A stretch of 64,000 nt of DNA. Origin: Deltaproteobacteria bacterium. Lineage in GTDB: Bacteria; Myxococcota; Kuafuiibacteriia; Kuafuiibacteriales; Kuafuiibacteriaceae. The notes under the pieces are model-generated. The model had not been told where the DNA came from. It made no database searches and saw only the letters and a program-made list of their open reading frames with translations. Positions 48,301 to 56,400 of the stretch are shown here, piece by piece. The DNA lies in the NCBI GenBank assembly GCA_040218735.1, contig JAVJQW010000017.1:415416-479415 (forward strand), given 5' to 3'. The translations under genes and the position numbers were made by a program. How positions within the stretch are numbered: the first letter of the stretch is position 1; each line of letters starts with the position of its first letter.

Positions 48301-50006
48301 TCACCGGCGCCGAGCGCGTCGGGCTCGCCGGCCATTACTACACGTTCAGCAAGAGCCTCGGTGGTGGCCTCACGAAGGTCGCCGCGATGGCCGTCGAGGA
48401 GCGGCGCTACCACGAAGACTTCGGCTACCTGCACGGCTCGACGTTCGCCGAGGACGCCCCCGGCAGCCGCGTCGCGCTCGCAGCGTTGCAGCTCCTCGAC
48501 CGCGACGACCTCCTCGCCGCGTGTGAGACGAAGGGCGCTCTGTTCGCCGAGAAGCTCCGCGCGCTGAAGACGAGGCACCCCTCGGTCATCGAAGACGTCC
48601 GCGGCGCCGGGCTCATGCTCGGCGTCCAGATCGCCGCGCAGGACGACTCCCCATCCTACGTGCTGCGTGCGGTGTCGCGCAGCGACCCGGAGATGTTCAA
48701 CCAGCTCATCGCCGGGTTCCTGCTCAACGAACATCACATCCGCATCGCGCCGACCAAGACGCGCAACACGATTCGGTTCCTCCCCTCCGCGTACGTCACG
48801 GAGGACGAGATGGACCGCGTCGTCGCCGCCTTCGAGCAGGTCTGCGAGGTCGTCGAGAACGTCAACGTCGGCCGCCTGCTGCGACACCTCGTCGTCGACG
48901 ACGTCGACCCCGCCGACGTGATCACCGATTGGCGAGGCCGGTACCCCGAGCTCGCGGACGAGGAGCCGCAGCCGGGCGACCGCCGCGTCGCACACATCGC
49001 TCACCTCGAAGACGTCGAAACCACCCTCCTCGCAGAGCCGTCACTCTCAGAGGTCCCGCTCGAACGCCTCGAACCCCTCCTCGGCCGCCTGTTCCGCTTC
49101 ACGCGCCCCGCGGTAGGCCAGCGGATGCGCATCACGACCAAGACCGGCGAGACCGTGCACCTGTCGCTCCTCGGCCTCGTCCTGACCAGCCGGATGTTCG
49201 AGTCGATGATGCAGACCTCGGAGCGCGGCACCGTGCTCGACAAGATCGAGGAGGCCCTCGACGTCGCCATCGATGGCGGCGCGTCCGTGGTCGGCTTCGG
49301 CGGGTACACGTCGATCGCCACCCTCAACTGCACCGCCGTCGCGACGACGCGCGCGGCGCTCACGTCCGGCAACGCGTACACCGTGGTGCTTGCCGTGGAG
49401 GGCGCCCGACGCGCCGCCGCGGAGGCCGGCGTCGATCTCGCGAACGCCACGGTCGCGGTGGTCGGCGCCAAGGGCAACATCGGCTCTATCGCCGCCCGGC
49501 TGATCGGCCCGGCCGCCGCACGCATCGTGTTGATCGGACGCGACGCCTCCGACGCACGACTCCGCTGCATCGCCGAAGACCTCGACAACGCCGTCGTGAG
49601 CGATCGTATGAAGGACCTCGCGGCGTGCGACGTGGTCATCACGTGCACCAGCGCGTCCGTTCCGGTGATCCGCCCCGAGCACCTCTCGGATCGCGTGCGG
49701 GTGATCTGCGACGTCGCCACCCCGAAGGACGTCGACGAATCGGTCCGCGCCGCGTTCCCGAAGCTGCGCCTCCTCTCCGGAGGCCTCGCGCGACTCCCGG
49801 GCGACGCGGGCCGTCAGCTCGTCGGCACCCGCCTCCCCGTCGACCACGTGTACGGCTGCGTCGCCGAGACGACGTTGCTCGGCGCGGCCGGCTACACCGA
49901 CAACTTCTCGTTCGGTGATCTCGACCTCGACCGCGTCGAGACCATCCGACGGCTCGCCACCGAGCACGGCTACGACGTCGGCGTCGTGGAGCAGGACGGA
50001 AAATGA
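39333..50006 (+). CDS. Hybrid PKS-NRPS: KS-AT-DH-KR-ACP-Cy-A(Cys)-PCP-aminotransferase III-acyl-ACP reductase-like, 3557 aa
   Basis: KS/AT(YAFH)/DH/KR(LDD)/ACP motifs; Cy FPLNDVQEAYWIGR, DLLILD, SQTPQVWLDHQ; Cys-type A domain (DLSVYD, WNSVP, LSGDWIP, SLGGATEGSIWS); PCP GGYS; aminotransferase DEIQCGMGRTG, SKSLGGG; reductase GGYTS, TSGN, GAKGNIGS, GCVAET. Confidence 0.95.
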   Translation: MAEHDGKEVLRRALAELKRLKAENAELRRDRSEPIAIVGIGCRFAGGANDPASLWRVLEEGRDTIREVPADRWSIDDFYDPRPGVDGKMYTRGGGFIDGVDQFDAAFFGITPREATSLDPQQRILLEVTHEALDHAGIPSTAIHGSRTGVWAGVSSNDYLQLLLRDGSESDAGYTLTGVVPNLAAGRVAYVLGAHGPTLTVDTACSSSLVATHLAVQSLRRGECDVALAGGVNVILAPEPTIAFCNLRAMSPEGRCKTFDANADGYVRSEGCGVVVLERLSDAVAKGHRIVAVIRGSALNHDGKSSGLTVPNGAAQRAVIEAALADGGVNASDVGYLEAHGTGTPLGDPIEVRAANAVYGESGFRIASLKTNFGHTEAAAGVLGLIKAALIHQHGAVPPHLHFSKLNPKIDLGGARIVPEGAAHDGRMTAVSSFGFSGTNAHVVLEAAPPAPVTTPAQRHAYALPLSARSEAALAETCARFADRIDREPEDVYDVAATSALRRAAHPHRVVAVGRNADEITTALRRRVSKGQHRETPEGRAGPRSAIAFVYSGQGTQWTGMGAALLEREPVFAEAFRRAADALAAHGVEDLERKITTGDLAATELAQPAIFAVQYALTALLAEWGVRPDAVVGHSVGELAAAVASGRMSLESIARVTALRARRMQEATGLGRMAAVELGEAAVRDAIAGEAVAIAALNGPASVVIAGASDALDRVVAKLRAQRAAVTWLDVDYAFHSPQMAPLAAQLEAELGALDVAAGDVPFYSTVSGARENDALDATYWRRNVEGTVRFAPAIDAMVADGIRTFVEVGSHPALLRYLARDGVTAMRTLRRGEDEAASMMRAAGELFVHGAEVDWAQIYPESAPVDLPAYPWQHQRYWRPAPVGAPAAKHPLLGTRREEDGRTVFEGRIDPAATPYLDDHRMYDVVVFPAAGYVELARAAAAAAFGGPQSIHDFEVRAPLILDRPQQVRVAVAKDGAIEIASDIVHVRARAAKAGPSKTATQSSAAPDAVDAAEVYAAGAAVGVGLGPRFTVLARIWRDGRDTVASVRSIEDDGHGVHPVVIDACLQAAMASSGDVDRGLMLPVSIGAVEMNREAGRAVQARFSPRRKDTDGFTGDAVLIDGDGVVVVAMHEIHFRRAPKDALLAARARAVASLLYTRAWVEAPSSDAERGDQRFHVRGDDALAARLNGGALEDATDVVLVAREVSPDDFLTVLRARPPRLWILGSDRDPAAATAIGLARTARLEHAEVEVRIVDGGDVVDELRRPGAEQEIRLDGERRVARLAPLAIASGTVDLSGVHLITGGRGALGVATARWLLSRGAKRVVLASRHIHEPPIAGVEVRALDVTDGDAVRKLLEELRPDTIFHAAGVLDDAPLEALTPERIEAVVAPKSAVEHFAASGADLVLYSSVASLVGSPGQAAYVAANTYLDAFAASHEGPHRVLSVAWGPWAGDGMAADVAEAARRRGLEPLQAPDAFAALEMLLASDVRHAAVAHLDAAAFVRAFGARRPSPLSDLAPVTDAALARRLAEADDPEAVAAAYVEDQIRDVLGLDAVDLEEDLTSAGMDSLMALELRDALERDLGHALAPSVLFDHRTGRALAEFVVAQASKTPVKRRSIVPDPANAYAPFPLNDVQEAYWIGRGGALELGGISCHYFGAFAQRGLDPDRLAEAWVNLVRHHPMLRAVVDEDGRQRVLEALPDYAVPIVDLREASSDEIESTLTATREEMSHQMFDTSRWPLFDVRIFRLADETRLFISFDLLILDVFSFVTLLAQWRHVYEGGALEPVGLTFRDYVRYEHAERESDTYRDALKWWRERTKTLPPAPDLPLAKSPRAIERPHFVRRTAKLSAEHWRQLVARAKAAQVTPSMAVCAAYAEVIGRYSRGDRFTLNLTLFNRAPVHPDVQRVIGDFTSLILLDVDHEAPAGFADRAQGLQATLRQHLKHSAVSGVRVLREWGRTQGRRASAPIVFTSALGLTDDLQNEADATVRWLGEVVDSVSQTPQVWLDHQVFEQSGGLFLAWDCVEDLFPAGMLDEMFETYVGLLEHLATHDWDAPRRPLLPAASLARIEAANSTKHEVPTVLLHEPLARRAAETPNAIALVTSRRQLTYAQLFTYANRTAHALVDAGVKPGDVVAVMTDKNQEQIVATFGVLTAGGAYLPIDPALPEARIHDLLAQTGASVVLTEPYLRASIHLPEDVVALDVEDPPFPNASEAPLPTTRTPTDLAYVIFTSGSTGRPKGVMIDHRGALNTCLDVNERFGVKAGDRVFALSSLSFDLSVYDVFGTIAAGATMVIPDDCGMRDPDHWHELMARENVSVWNSVPALLGMYLEYVGGESLPVPDSLRLAMLSGDWIPLEVPPELWSRRPGVDVVSLGGATEGSIWSIAYPIERMDPAWKSVPYGRAMKNQTFYVLDRDFEHCPTWVVGDLYIGGVGVAMGYFGDPERTAKQFVTHPRTGERLYATGDLGRWRPDGHIEFLGREDNQVKIQGHRIELGEIESVLREHDAVREAVVQPQKAKTGETQLVGYLLCDDDAPPDTDLRAHLGRRLPAHMVPKVYVTLDAFPLSANGKVDRKALPAPDAAPRAVVEPRTELEAAILDAWRDVLGLTTIGVDDDFFDVGGYSQLAVRLTLELRARLGVEIPIRALFDTPTVAALAARLEGDVAAPTVAAGDEDVYTRYARRGIGLRLAAIRTDKHYVRASGNTLEYERDGRRVAVLDMVGGFGSTIFGHNHPELTALMRRISSEGTPAHAQYTNNVWAGRLCEALSERLQAATQRSFVVTLVSTGTEAVEAAIKHAKLEYQTRVARLLRTLEREAALAMSATLSPEVTEEARSLLGDVHDVPSLVTAARRHAEAILERPPVFLALDHAFHGLTSGALSLTAAEDFRAPFAPFGVQTHRIGQAPSQLEAQIEAQTSDLFAVGVDADGRVTLRRRAFTTIAALFVEPIQGEGGIRPLEAAFVTAAQTQSSRCGFPLIVDEIQCGMGRTGRFTGAERVGLAGHYYTFSKSLGGGLTKVAAMAVEERRYHEDFGYLHGSTFAEDAPGSRVALAALQLLDRDDLLAACETKGALFAEKLRALKTRHPSVIEDVRGAGLMLGVQIAAQDDSPSYVLRAVSRSDPEMFNQLIAGFLLNEHHIRIAPTKTRNTIRFLPSAYVTEDEMDRVVAAFEQVCEVVENVNVGRLLRHLVVDDVDPADVITDWRGRYPELADEEPQPGDRRVAHIAHLEDVETTLLAEPSLSEVPLERLEPLLGRLFRFTRPAVGQRMRITTKTGETVHLSLLGLVLTSRMFESMMQTSERGTVLDKIEEALDVAIDGGASVVGFGGYTSIATLNCTAVATTRAALTSGNAYTVVLAVEGARRAAAEAGVDLANATVAVVGAKGNIGSIAARLIGPAAARIVLIGRDASDARLRCIAEDLDNAVVSDRMKDLAACDVVITCTSASVPVIRPEHLSDRVRVICDVATPKDVDESVRAAFPKLRLLSGGLARLPGDAGRQLVGTRLPVDHVYGCVAETTLLGAAGYTDNFSFGDLDLDRVETIRRLATEHGYDVGVVEQDGK

Positions 50007-51298
50007 ACGACGACCAGCCGTTGAAGCGCCTCGCCAAGGGGCTCGGCCGCCGCACCCTCGTCACCGCGAAGCTCGCAGGCCGCGTGGGCCTGAAGTACGC
50101 GCGGCGCGGCGCGAAGGACGACGCGGATCCGAAGGCCGTGGAGCGCGCGATCGCTACGGTGAAGGAGCTCGGTGCGCTCAAGGGCCTCACGATGAAGGTC
50201 GGGCAGATGGCGAGTTACCTGCCGGGCGTGATGCCGCCGGAGGCGCAGAAGGTGTTTGCGTCGCTCCAGTCCGAATCGACGCCGATGGCGTACGAGCAGA
50301 TCGCTCAGGTCGTCACCAAGGAGCTCGGCCGGCCGATCGACGAGCTGTTCGAGTCGTTCGAAGAGACCCCGATCGCGGCGGCGTCGATCGGCCAGGTGCA
50401 CCGCGCGCGCTTCGAAGGGCGCGAGGTCGCGGTGAAGGTCCAGTACCCCGAGATAGAAGAGCTGATCCGCAGTGACCTGAAGCTCATGGGAATGCTCACG
50501 AAGATGATGGTCGTCGGCACCCCGAACGACGGCGCGGCGATCGCCGAAGAGCTGCGATCGAGAATGCTGGAGGAGTGTGACTATACGCTGGAGGCCGAGC
50601 GCCAGCGCCTCTTCAAGCGCCTGATCGAGAGTCAGGCGAATTGCCGCGTCCCCGAGGTGATCTCGGAACGCTCCTCACGGCGTGTGCTCACCACCGCGTT
50701 CGCCGAAGGGGTGAGCTTCGACGCGTTCGCGGACGCGTCGAGCCAAGAGGAGAAAAACGCCGCCGCCGTCGCCATCTTCCGCGCGACGTTCAACACGCTG
50801 TTCCGCTACGCGATCTACAACGGTGACCCCCACCCCGGTAACTACCGATTCGCCCCCGACGGGCACGTGGTGTTCCTCGACTTCGGCTGCGTGCGCGCCT
50901 TCCCCAAACAGTTCATCGACGACTGGAAGCCGATGGAGCTCGCGATGCTGAACCGCGACAAGGCGGAGCTGCGGCGCGTGTTCCCGGCGACGAACATGAT
51001 GGGGGTGCCGGAGGATCGGTTCGACTGGGACCACCACTGGGAGACGATGGAGTACGTCTGCCGGCCCTACATCGCGCCCCAGCCCTTCACGTTCACGCAG
51101 ACGTACGTCGAGGAGAGCTACGAGCGCATCCTCTTCAACAAAACCACGATGAAGATGCTGAACACCCCTCCGGAGTGGCTCCTGATCAACCGCGTCCACT
51201 GGGGGCTCAACTCCGTGCTCGGGCGGCTGAACGCCACCGCCGACTGGGGTGCGCTGTGGCGCGAATTCGTGTCGTCCGAAACGACCCCTGCGCAGTGA
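50003..51298 (+). CDS. ABC1/AarF/UbiB-family atypical kinase
   Basis: [34 protein letters not shown] overlap with the synthetase stop. Confidence 0.92.
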   Translation: MNDDQPLKRLAKGLGRRTLVTAKLAGRVGLKYARRGAKDDADPKAVERAIATVKELGALKGLTMKVGQMASYLPGVMPPEAQKVFASLQSESTPMAYEQIAQVVTKELGRPIDELFESFEETPIAAASIGQVHRARFEGREVAVKVQYPEIEELIRSDLKLMGMLTKMMVVGTPNDGAAIAEELRSRMLEECDYTLEAERQRLFKRLIESQANCRVPEVISERSSRRVLTTAFAEGVSFDAFADASSQEEKNAAAVAIFRATFNTLFRYAIYNGDPHPGNYRFAPDGHVVFLDFGCVRAFPKQFIDDWKPMELAMLNRDKAELRRVFPATNMMGVPEDRFDWDHHWETMEYVCRPYIAPQPFTFTQTYVEESYERILFNKTTMKMLNTPPEWLLINRVHWGLNSVLGRLNATADWGALWREFVSSETTPAQ

Positions 51299-51328
51299 TT
51301 CTCTCCGAGTCTTGTTACAGTCCCCGCC

Positions 51329-53413
51329 ATGAGTGAGGTCGTTCCGCTTCCGAGGTCCACGCCCGACGACGAGGCGCCGGATCCGATCGCCAAGGCGGTC
51401 GCGCGCGGGGTGAAGCAGCGCCGAAAGCTCGAGCTCGAGAAACGTCGTGCCGCGGTCCGCGCCGCCGAGACGACCGTCCCCGACATCGAGTCGACGGAGG
51501 GGCTGGAGGAGCTCGAAGCGCTCCTGAACGACCCGCTCGCGAAGGCTTGGCTGAACGAGGGCTCGATGTCGCGCGTCGACGTCGGGAAGGCGCGCAAGGA
51601 GGGACGGGTCGCGCCGATGCCGCGACGTAAGAAGGTCGGCGGGAAGTCGGAGAGCTCCGGAGCGCCGCCGATGGCGCGTCACGTCGACTTCGACGCGAGT
51701 GTCTTCGCTGCGCTCACGCGGCTGTTCTTCTGGGTGTGGGGGCTGACGCGTTACTTCGGCGGGATCCTCATCGACAAACTCGTCTTCCGCGACGACATCC
51801 ACCGGCGCGCGGTGCGGCTCCGCCGAACGTTGGAGTCACTGGGTCCGACGTTCATCAAGCTCGGCCAACAGCTCTCGGTGCGCGCGGACGTGCTGCCGTA
51901 CGAGTACTGCGCGGAGCTGTCGAAGATGCTCGATTCGATCGCGCCGTTCGACAGCAAGCTCGCCATCGCGGAGATCGAACGAACGACCGGGCGCAAGGTC
52001 ACCGACATCTTCGCCATCTTCGATCCGGAACCGATCGGCTCGGCGTCGCTCGCGTGTGTCTACCAGGCGATGCTCCACAACGGGGAGCGCGTCGCGGTGA
52101 AGGTGCGCCGCCCGAAGATCGGCAAACGCCTCGCCGCGGATCTTCGCGCGCTCGACTGGCTCATGGCCTACGCGGAGCTCGTCGCGTTGGTGCGCCCGGG
52201 GCTCACGCGCAACTTGAGCATCGAGCTCGTGGCGATGCTGATGGAGGAGCTCGATTTCGGGCGCGAGGCTCGTTACACCGACATCTTCCGTCGTCGCGCC
52301 AAGGAGAAGGGTCAAGACTACGTCACCGCCCCGCGCATCTACCGCGAGATCTCGAGTGAGTCTGTGATGGTCTCGGAGTTCGTTGGCGGTGTCTTCCTTT
52401 GGGAGATCCTCAACGCGCTCGACCGCGGCGACGAGGAGACCCTGAGGCAGATTCGCGAGAAGGACATCGAGCCCAAGGAGATCGCCATCGCGATGGCGGA
52501 GCTCTTCAATTGGGAGTCGATGGAGAGCCTGCTCTTCCACGCCGACCCGCACCCCGCGAACATCATCTGCAAGCCGGGGAACCAGATCGTCCTGATCGAC
52601 TTCGGTTCGTGCGGGCGCTTCTCCAGCAAGACACGCCGCCTGTTCCACCAGCTGCACCACTACATGAACAACGAGGACGTGCAGGGGATGGTGGAGTGCT
52701 CCATCTCCATGCTCGAGCCGCTCCCGCCGATCGACCTCGACCGGTTCACGAAGGAGGTCGAGAGCCTCTACTGGGAGCTCATGTACGCGTCGAAGGACGG
52801 CCACGCGGAGTGGTGGGAGAAGGCGTCGGGTGTGTTGTGGATCCGCTTCGCGGGGTTGGCGCGTCGCTACAACATCCCGATGAACCTCGACACGATGCGT
52901 CTGTTCCGCGCGACGTTCCTCTACGACACGGTGATGTTCCGGCTGTGGAAGGACCTCGACCTCGACGTCGAGTACCAGCGCTACTTCGAAAAGCTCGGGC
53001 GCCGCGCCAAGAAACGCGTCACAAAGGCCTGGAACAAACGTGCGCGCAAGGGGCTCACGAACAAGGACTACATGCAGGTCGAAGAGATGCTGCGGATGGG
53101 GAACCAGATCATCGCGCGGCTGCAGCACATCCTCGACACGCCGCAGCACAACTTCGCGAGTGTAATCGGCAAGGCGGCGTACGGCGTGTCGATGGGTTTG
53201 AAGGCCCTGATCCTCGGCTTCACGGTGCACCTGACCGCGGTGCTCGGCGTGTCGGTCTACGCGAAGGCCATGGACCACTCGATCACGATGACGGAGGCGT
53301 TCATGCGGCTCGTCGGTTCTCCGGCCTACCAGGCGGGTGTGCTCGTCGTGGGCCTGATCGTGATACGCAAGGCGCTGATGCGCTTCGAGGACATCGACGT
53401 CCGCAAGAGCTGA
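51329..53413 (+). CDS. Second ABC1/AarF/UbiB-family atypical kinase with C-terminal membrane helices
   Basis: LGPTFIKLGQ, GSASLACVYQA, VAVKVRRP, HADPHPAN, DFG, two hydrophobic C-terminal segments. Confidence 0.92.
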   Translation: MSEVVPLPRSTPDDEAPDPIAKAVARGVKQRRKLELEKRRAAVRAAETTVPDIESTEGLEELEALLNDPLAKAWLNEGSMSRVDVGKARKEGRVAPMPRRKKVGGKSESSGAPPMARHVDFDASVFAALTRLFFWVWGLTRYFGGILIDKLVFRDDIHRRAVRLRRTLESLGPTFIKLGQQLSVRADVLPYEYCAELSKMLDSIAPFDSKLAIAEIERTTGRKVTDIFAIFDPEPIGSASLACVYQAMLHNGERVAVKVRRPKIGKRLAADLRALDWLMAYAELVALVRPGLTRNLSIELVAMLMEELDFGREARYTDIFRRRAKEKGQDYVTAPRIYREISSESVMVSEFVGGVFLWEILNALDRGDEETLRQIREKDIEPKEIAIAMAELFNWESMESLLFHADPHPANIICKPGNQIVLIDFGSCGRFSSKTRRLFHQLHHYMNNEDVQGMVECSISMLEPLPPIDLDRFTKEVESLYWELMYASKDGHAEWWEKASGVLWIRFAGLARRYNIPMNLDTMRLFRATFLYDTVMFRLWKDLDLDVEYQRYFEKLGRRAKKRVTKAWNKRARKGLTNKDYMQVEEMLRMGNQIIARLQHILDTPQHNFASVIGKAAYGVSMGLKALILGFTVHLTAVLGVSVYAKAMDHSITMTEAFMRLVGSPAYQAGVLVVGLIVIRKALMRFEDIDVRKS

Positions 53414-53414
53414 G

Positions 53415-56400
53415 ATGGCTAGCAAGTTCGACGCAGCGATACGCCGGTACGCGGAAGCCACGATCCGCCACCGGATCCTCACCTCGGTCATCGCGCTCGT
53501 CGTGGTGATCGCGACGGGCCTCGGCACCGCCGAGCTCGCCTTCGACACGCGCTACCGCATCTGGTTCGAGGAAGGCAGCGACGCCCTCGTCACCTACGAC
53601 GCGCTGCTGCAGCGCTTCGGCAGCGACGACCAAGCCGTCATCGCCTTCAAGGACGACGACGGAACGCTCCTCGACAACCCGTCGCTCCTCTCGATCCGAC
53701 GCCTCACCGACGCGCTGTGGAAGGTCGAAGGCGTCAAACGCGTCGACACCCTCGCGAACTTCTCGATCGTCCGCGCGAGCCGGGTGGACCTGGAGTCACC
53801 CGCCTTCGTCGTCACGTCGAAGTACGTAGCAGCGGCGGGGGACCGCGGACAAATCGTGGTGTGGTCGACCGAGGATTGGTCGCGCCGGGAGCTCCTCGGT
53901 CACGACGGCGTCGTCGAGCACCTCGTCGCAAACGCGGCGGGTGACACGCTCTACTCGGGGGGCGTCGACCGCACCGTTCGCGAGTGGAACCTCGAGACCG
54001 GTGAGCTCGTCCACGCGTTCCGCGGGCTCGTCGAGAGCGTGAGCACGCTGGCGCTCTCACCCGACGAGGCGACGCTCTACGCTGGCTCGTACCGGGCGCT
54101 GTACCCGATCGACCTCGCGGCGAAGACGCCGCCGAAGGCGTGGACCGGGTTCGAAGACTTCGTCACCCACGTCATCGCCTCGTCGGCGGGTCTCTTCGCG
54201 GCGAGTCAGGACGTCCACCGTCTGGGGCCCGACGGTGCCAAGCTCGCGACGTTCGAGACCGACGCACGCTACGTGCACGACGTCGTGGTCGCCGGCGGGG
54301 CTGTCGTGGTCGCGACGTCGGACGGAGCGCTCCTCCGCTTCGCGGTCTCCGACGGCGCGAAGGTCGTGCTCGAACCGGAATCGAGCCTCGGCGTCCGCTC
54401 GCTCGTCGCGCTCCCCGACGGGCGCCGCGTCGCCGCCGGCATGACGGACGGGAGCGTGCGCGCGTACGACCTCGAAGGTGAGCCGCCGATCGTGACGCGC
54501 ATCCACGGCGACTGGGTCGTGGACCTGACGACCGACGCCAACGGCGTCGTCTACTCGGCTTCGCGCGACCGCAACATCGCGCAGCACAGCCCCGGTGAAG
54601 GACCACGCATCTCGGTGCTCACCGCGCACCGAGCCGCGGCGCGCCGCGTGCTGCTCGGACCGGACGAGCGCCTCTACAGCCTGGGCGACGACGGTGACGT
54701 CTACGTGTGGGCCGGCGAGCCGCTGTCGCTCGAGGCGCGTTTGTTGCGCGTGGCGCCGCGCGACGTCGCGGACGCGGTGACGCTCGAAGGGCCGGCGGTC
54801 GGGCGCCTCCGCGCCATCAACGAGTTCCGTTTCCCGGTCGAGCTGCGCGTCGGCGGTCAGAAACAAGTCGTGCACGGCGCGAAGGCGGCGGTGCTCGAAG
54901 GGCTCCCCGTCCCCGTACCGAACCCTTGCGACGACGACAGCAACTGCGGCCCCGGGCAGTACTGCGACTACGAACAGGACGAGCCGAGCTGCGTGGGGCA
55001 GACGGTCGTCGAGGCTTACCGGCCCGGGACCGAGGTGCGACTGTGGGCGGGGGAGGCGTTCCTCGACGCCGACAAGGAGACGACGATCCGCCTCCCCTCC
55101 GACGAGCCGTTCAGCGTGGGGCCCGCGACGGAGAGCCCGCTCGATCCGCGCACGCGCGTCGCCGCTCTGGTCGAGGCCTACCCACAGCCCGCGATGAAGA
55201 AAGCGCTCGAGCAGGTGCTCGGTGCGTACGCTTCGGTGGGTGATACGTTCATCTCGCCGAAGGTCGCGGACCAACTCGACGAGGCGCTCGGCGCGGACGA
55301 CACCGTCCCGCAGGAGGGTCGTGAGTTCCTGACCACGTTGGAGCAGGCGAAACTCAGCCCGCTCCGACTCCCCACGCAGCCCTTCCGTCTCGCCGAGATG
55401 GAGTACCACATGATGCGCGCGCCGAACCCACCGGCGCTCGGCGCGGTGCTCGACGACAACGGCGACACCACGATGATGATCGTGTCGCTCCACGAGCCGC
55501 CGCCCGAGGAAGCGCTCACGCGGCCCTTCGCGGTGCGCCACGCGATCGAAGATCTCACCGCGCAGGAACGCGCGGAGACCGGGCACGAGTACCACGTCAT
55601 CGGCGGGACGATCATGGACACGTGGCTCGAGGACTACGCGCGGCGCGACCTCGAACAGCTCGGCCCGTTGTTCCTCGCGGTCGTGGCGCTGCTGCTCGGC
55701 GTCGTCTACCGACGCATCTCCGGGGTGCTCGTCCCGCTGGGGCTGGTCGGCCTGGCGGTCATCATCGCGACGGGCTCGGCGGGGTGGTTGGGCGCTTCGC
55801 TCAACAACATGACCGTCGCGGTGCCGCACGTGATCCTCGCGTCGTGCATCGGCGACGCGGTGCACATCTTCAACGCGTACGTGGATCGTGTGCGCGGAGG
55901 GCTGACGCCGCACGAAGCGACGGTCGAGGCGATCAGCGCGAACTTCGCGCCGTGTCTGTGGACCAGCGCCTCGACCGCGATCGGGTTCTTCTCGCTGTCG
56001 ACCAGCCCCATCCAACCCGTGCGTGCGTTCGGGTGGATGGCCGGCATCGGCGTGGTCATGGCGTTCCTCCTCAGCGTGACGGTGCTGCCCGCCATCACGG
56101 CGACGCTGCCCGCGCCGAAGAAGAAGGCGTCGGCGTCCGGCGGTGGCGGCTTCGACGCGTGGATCGACGACAAGCTCACGACGCTCGCGGGCGGCGTGAA
56201 CCGCTCGACAGGCGCGATCGTCTTCCTCGCTGTCTTCTTCCTCGGGCTCGCGGTGTACGGCCTCACGAAGGCGGAGATCGACACCAACGATCTGAAGTTC
56301 TTCGCGGAGGAGGCGCCGTTCCGTCAGGGCGCGGACTTCGTGGAGGACAACATCAGCGGCTCGTACGCGCTGCAGCTCATGGTGGACCTCGGCGGACAGG

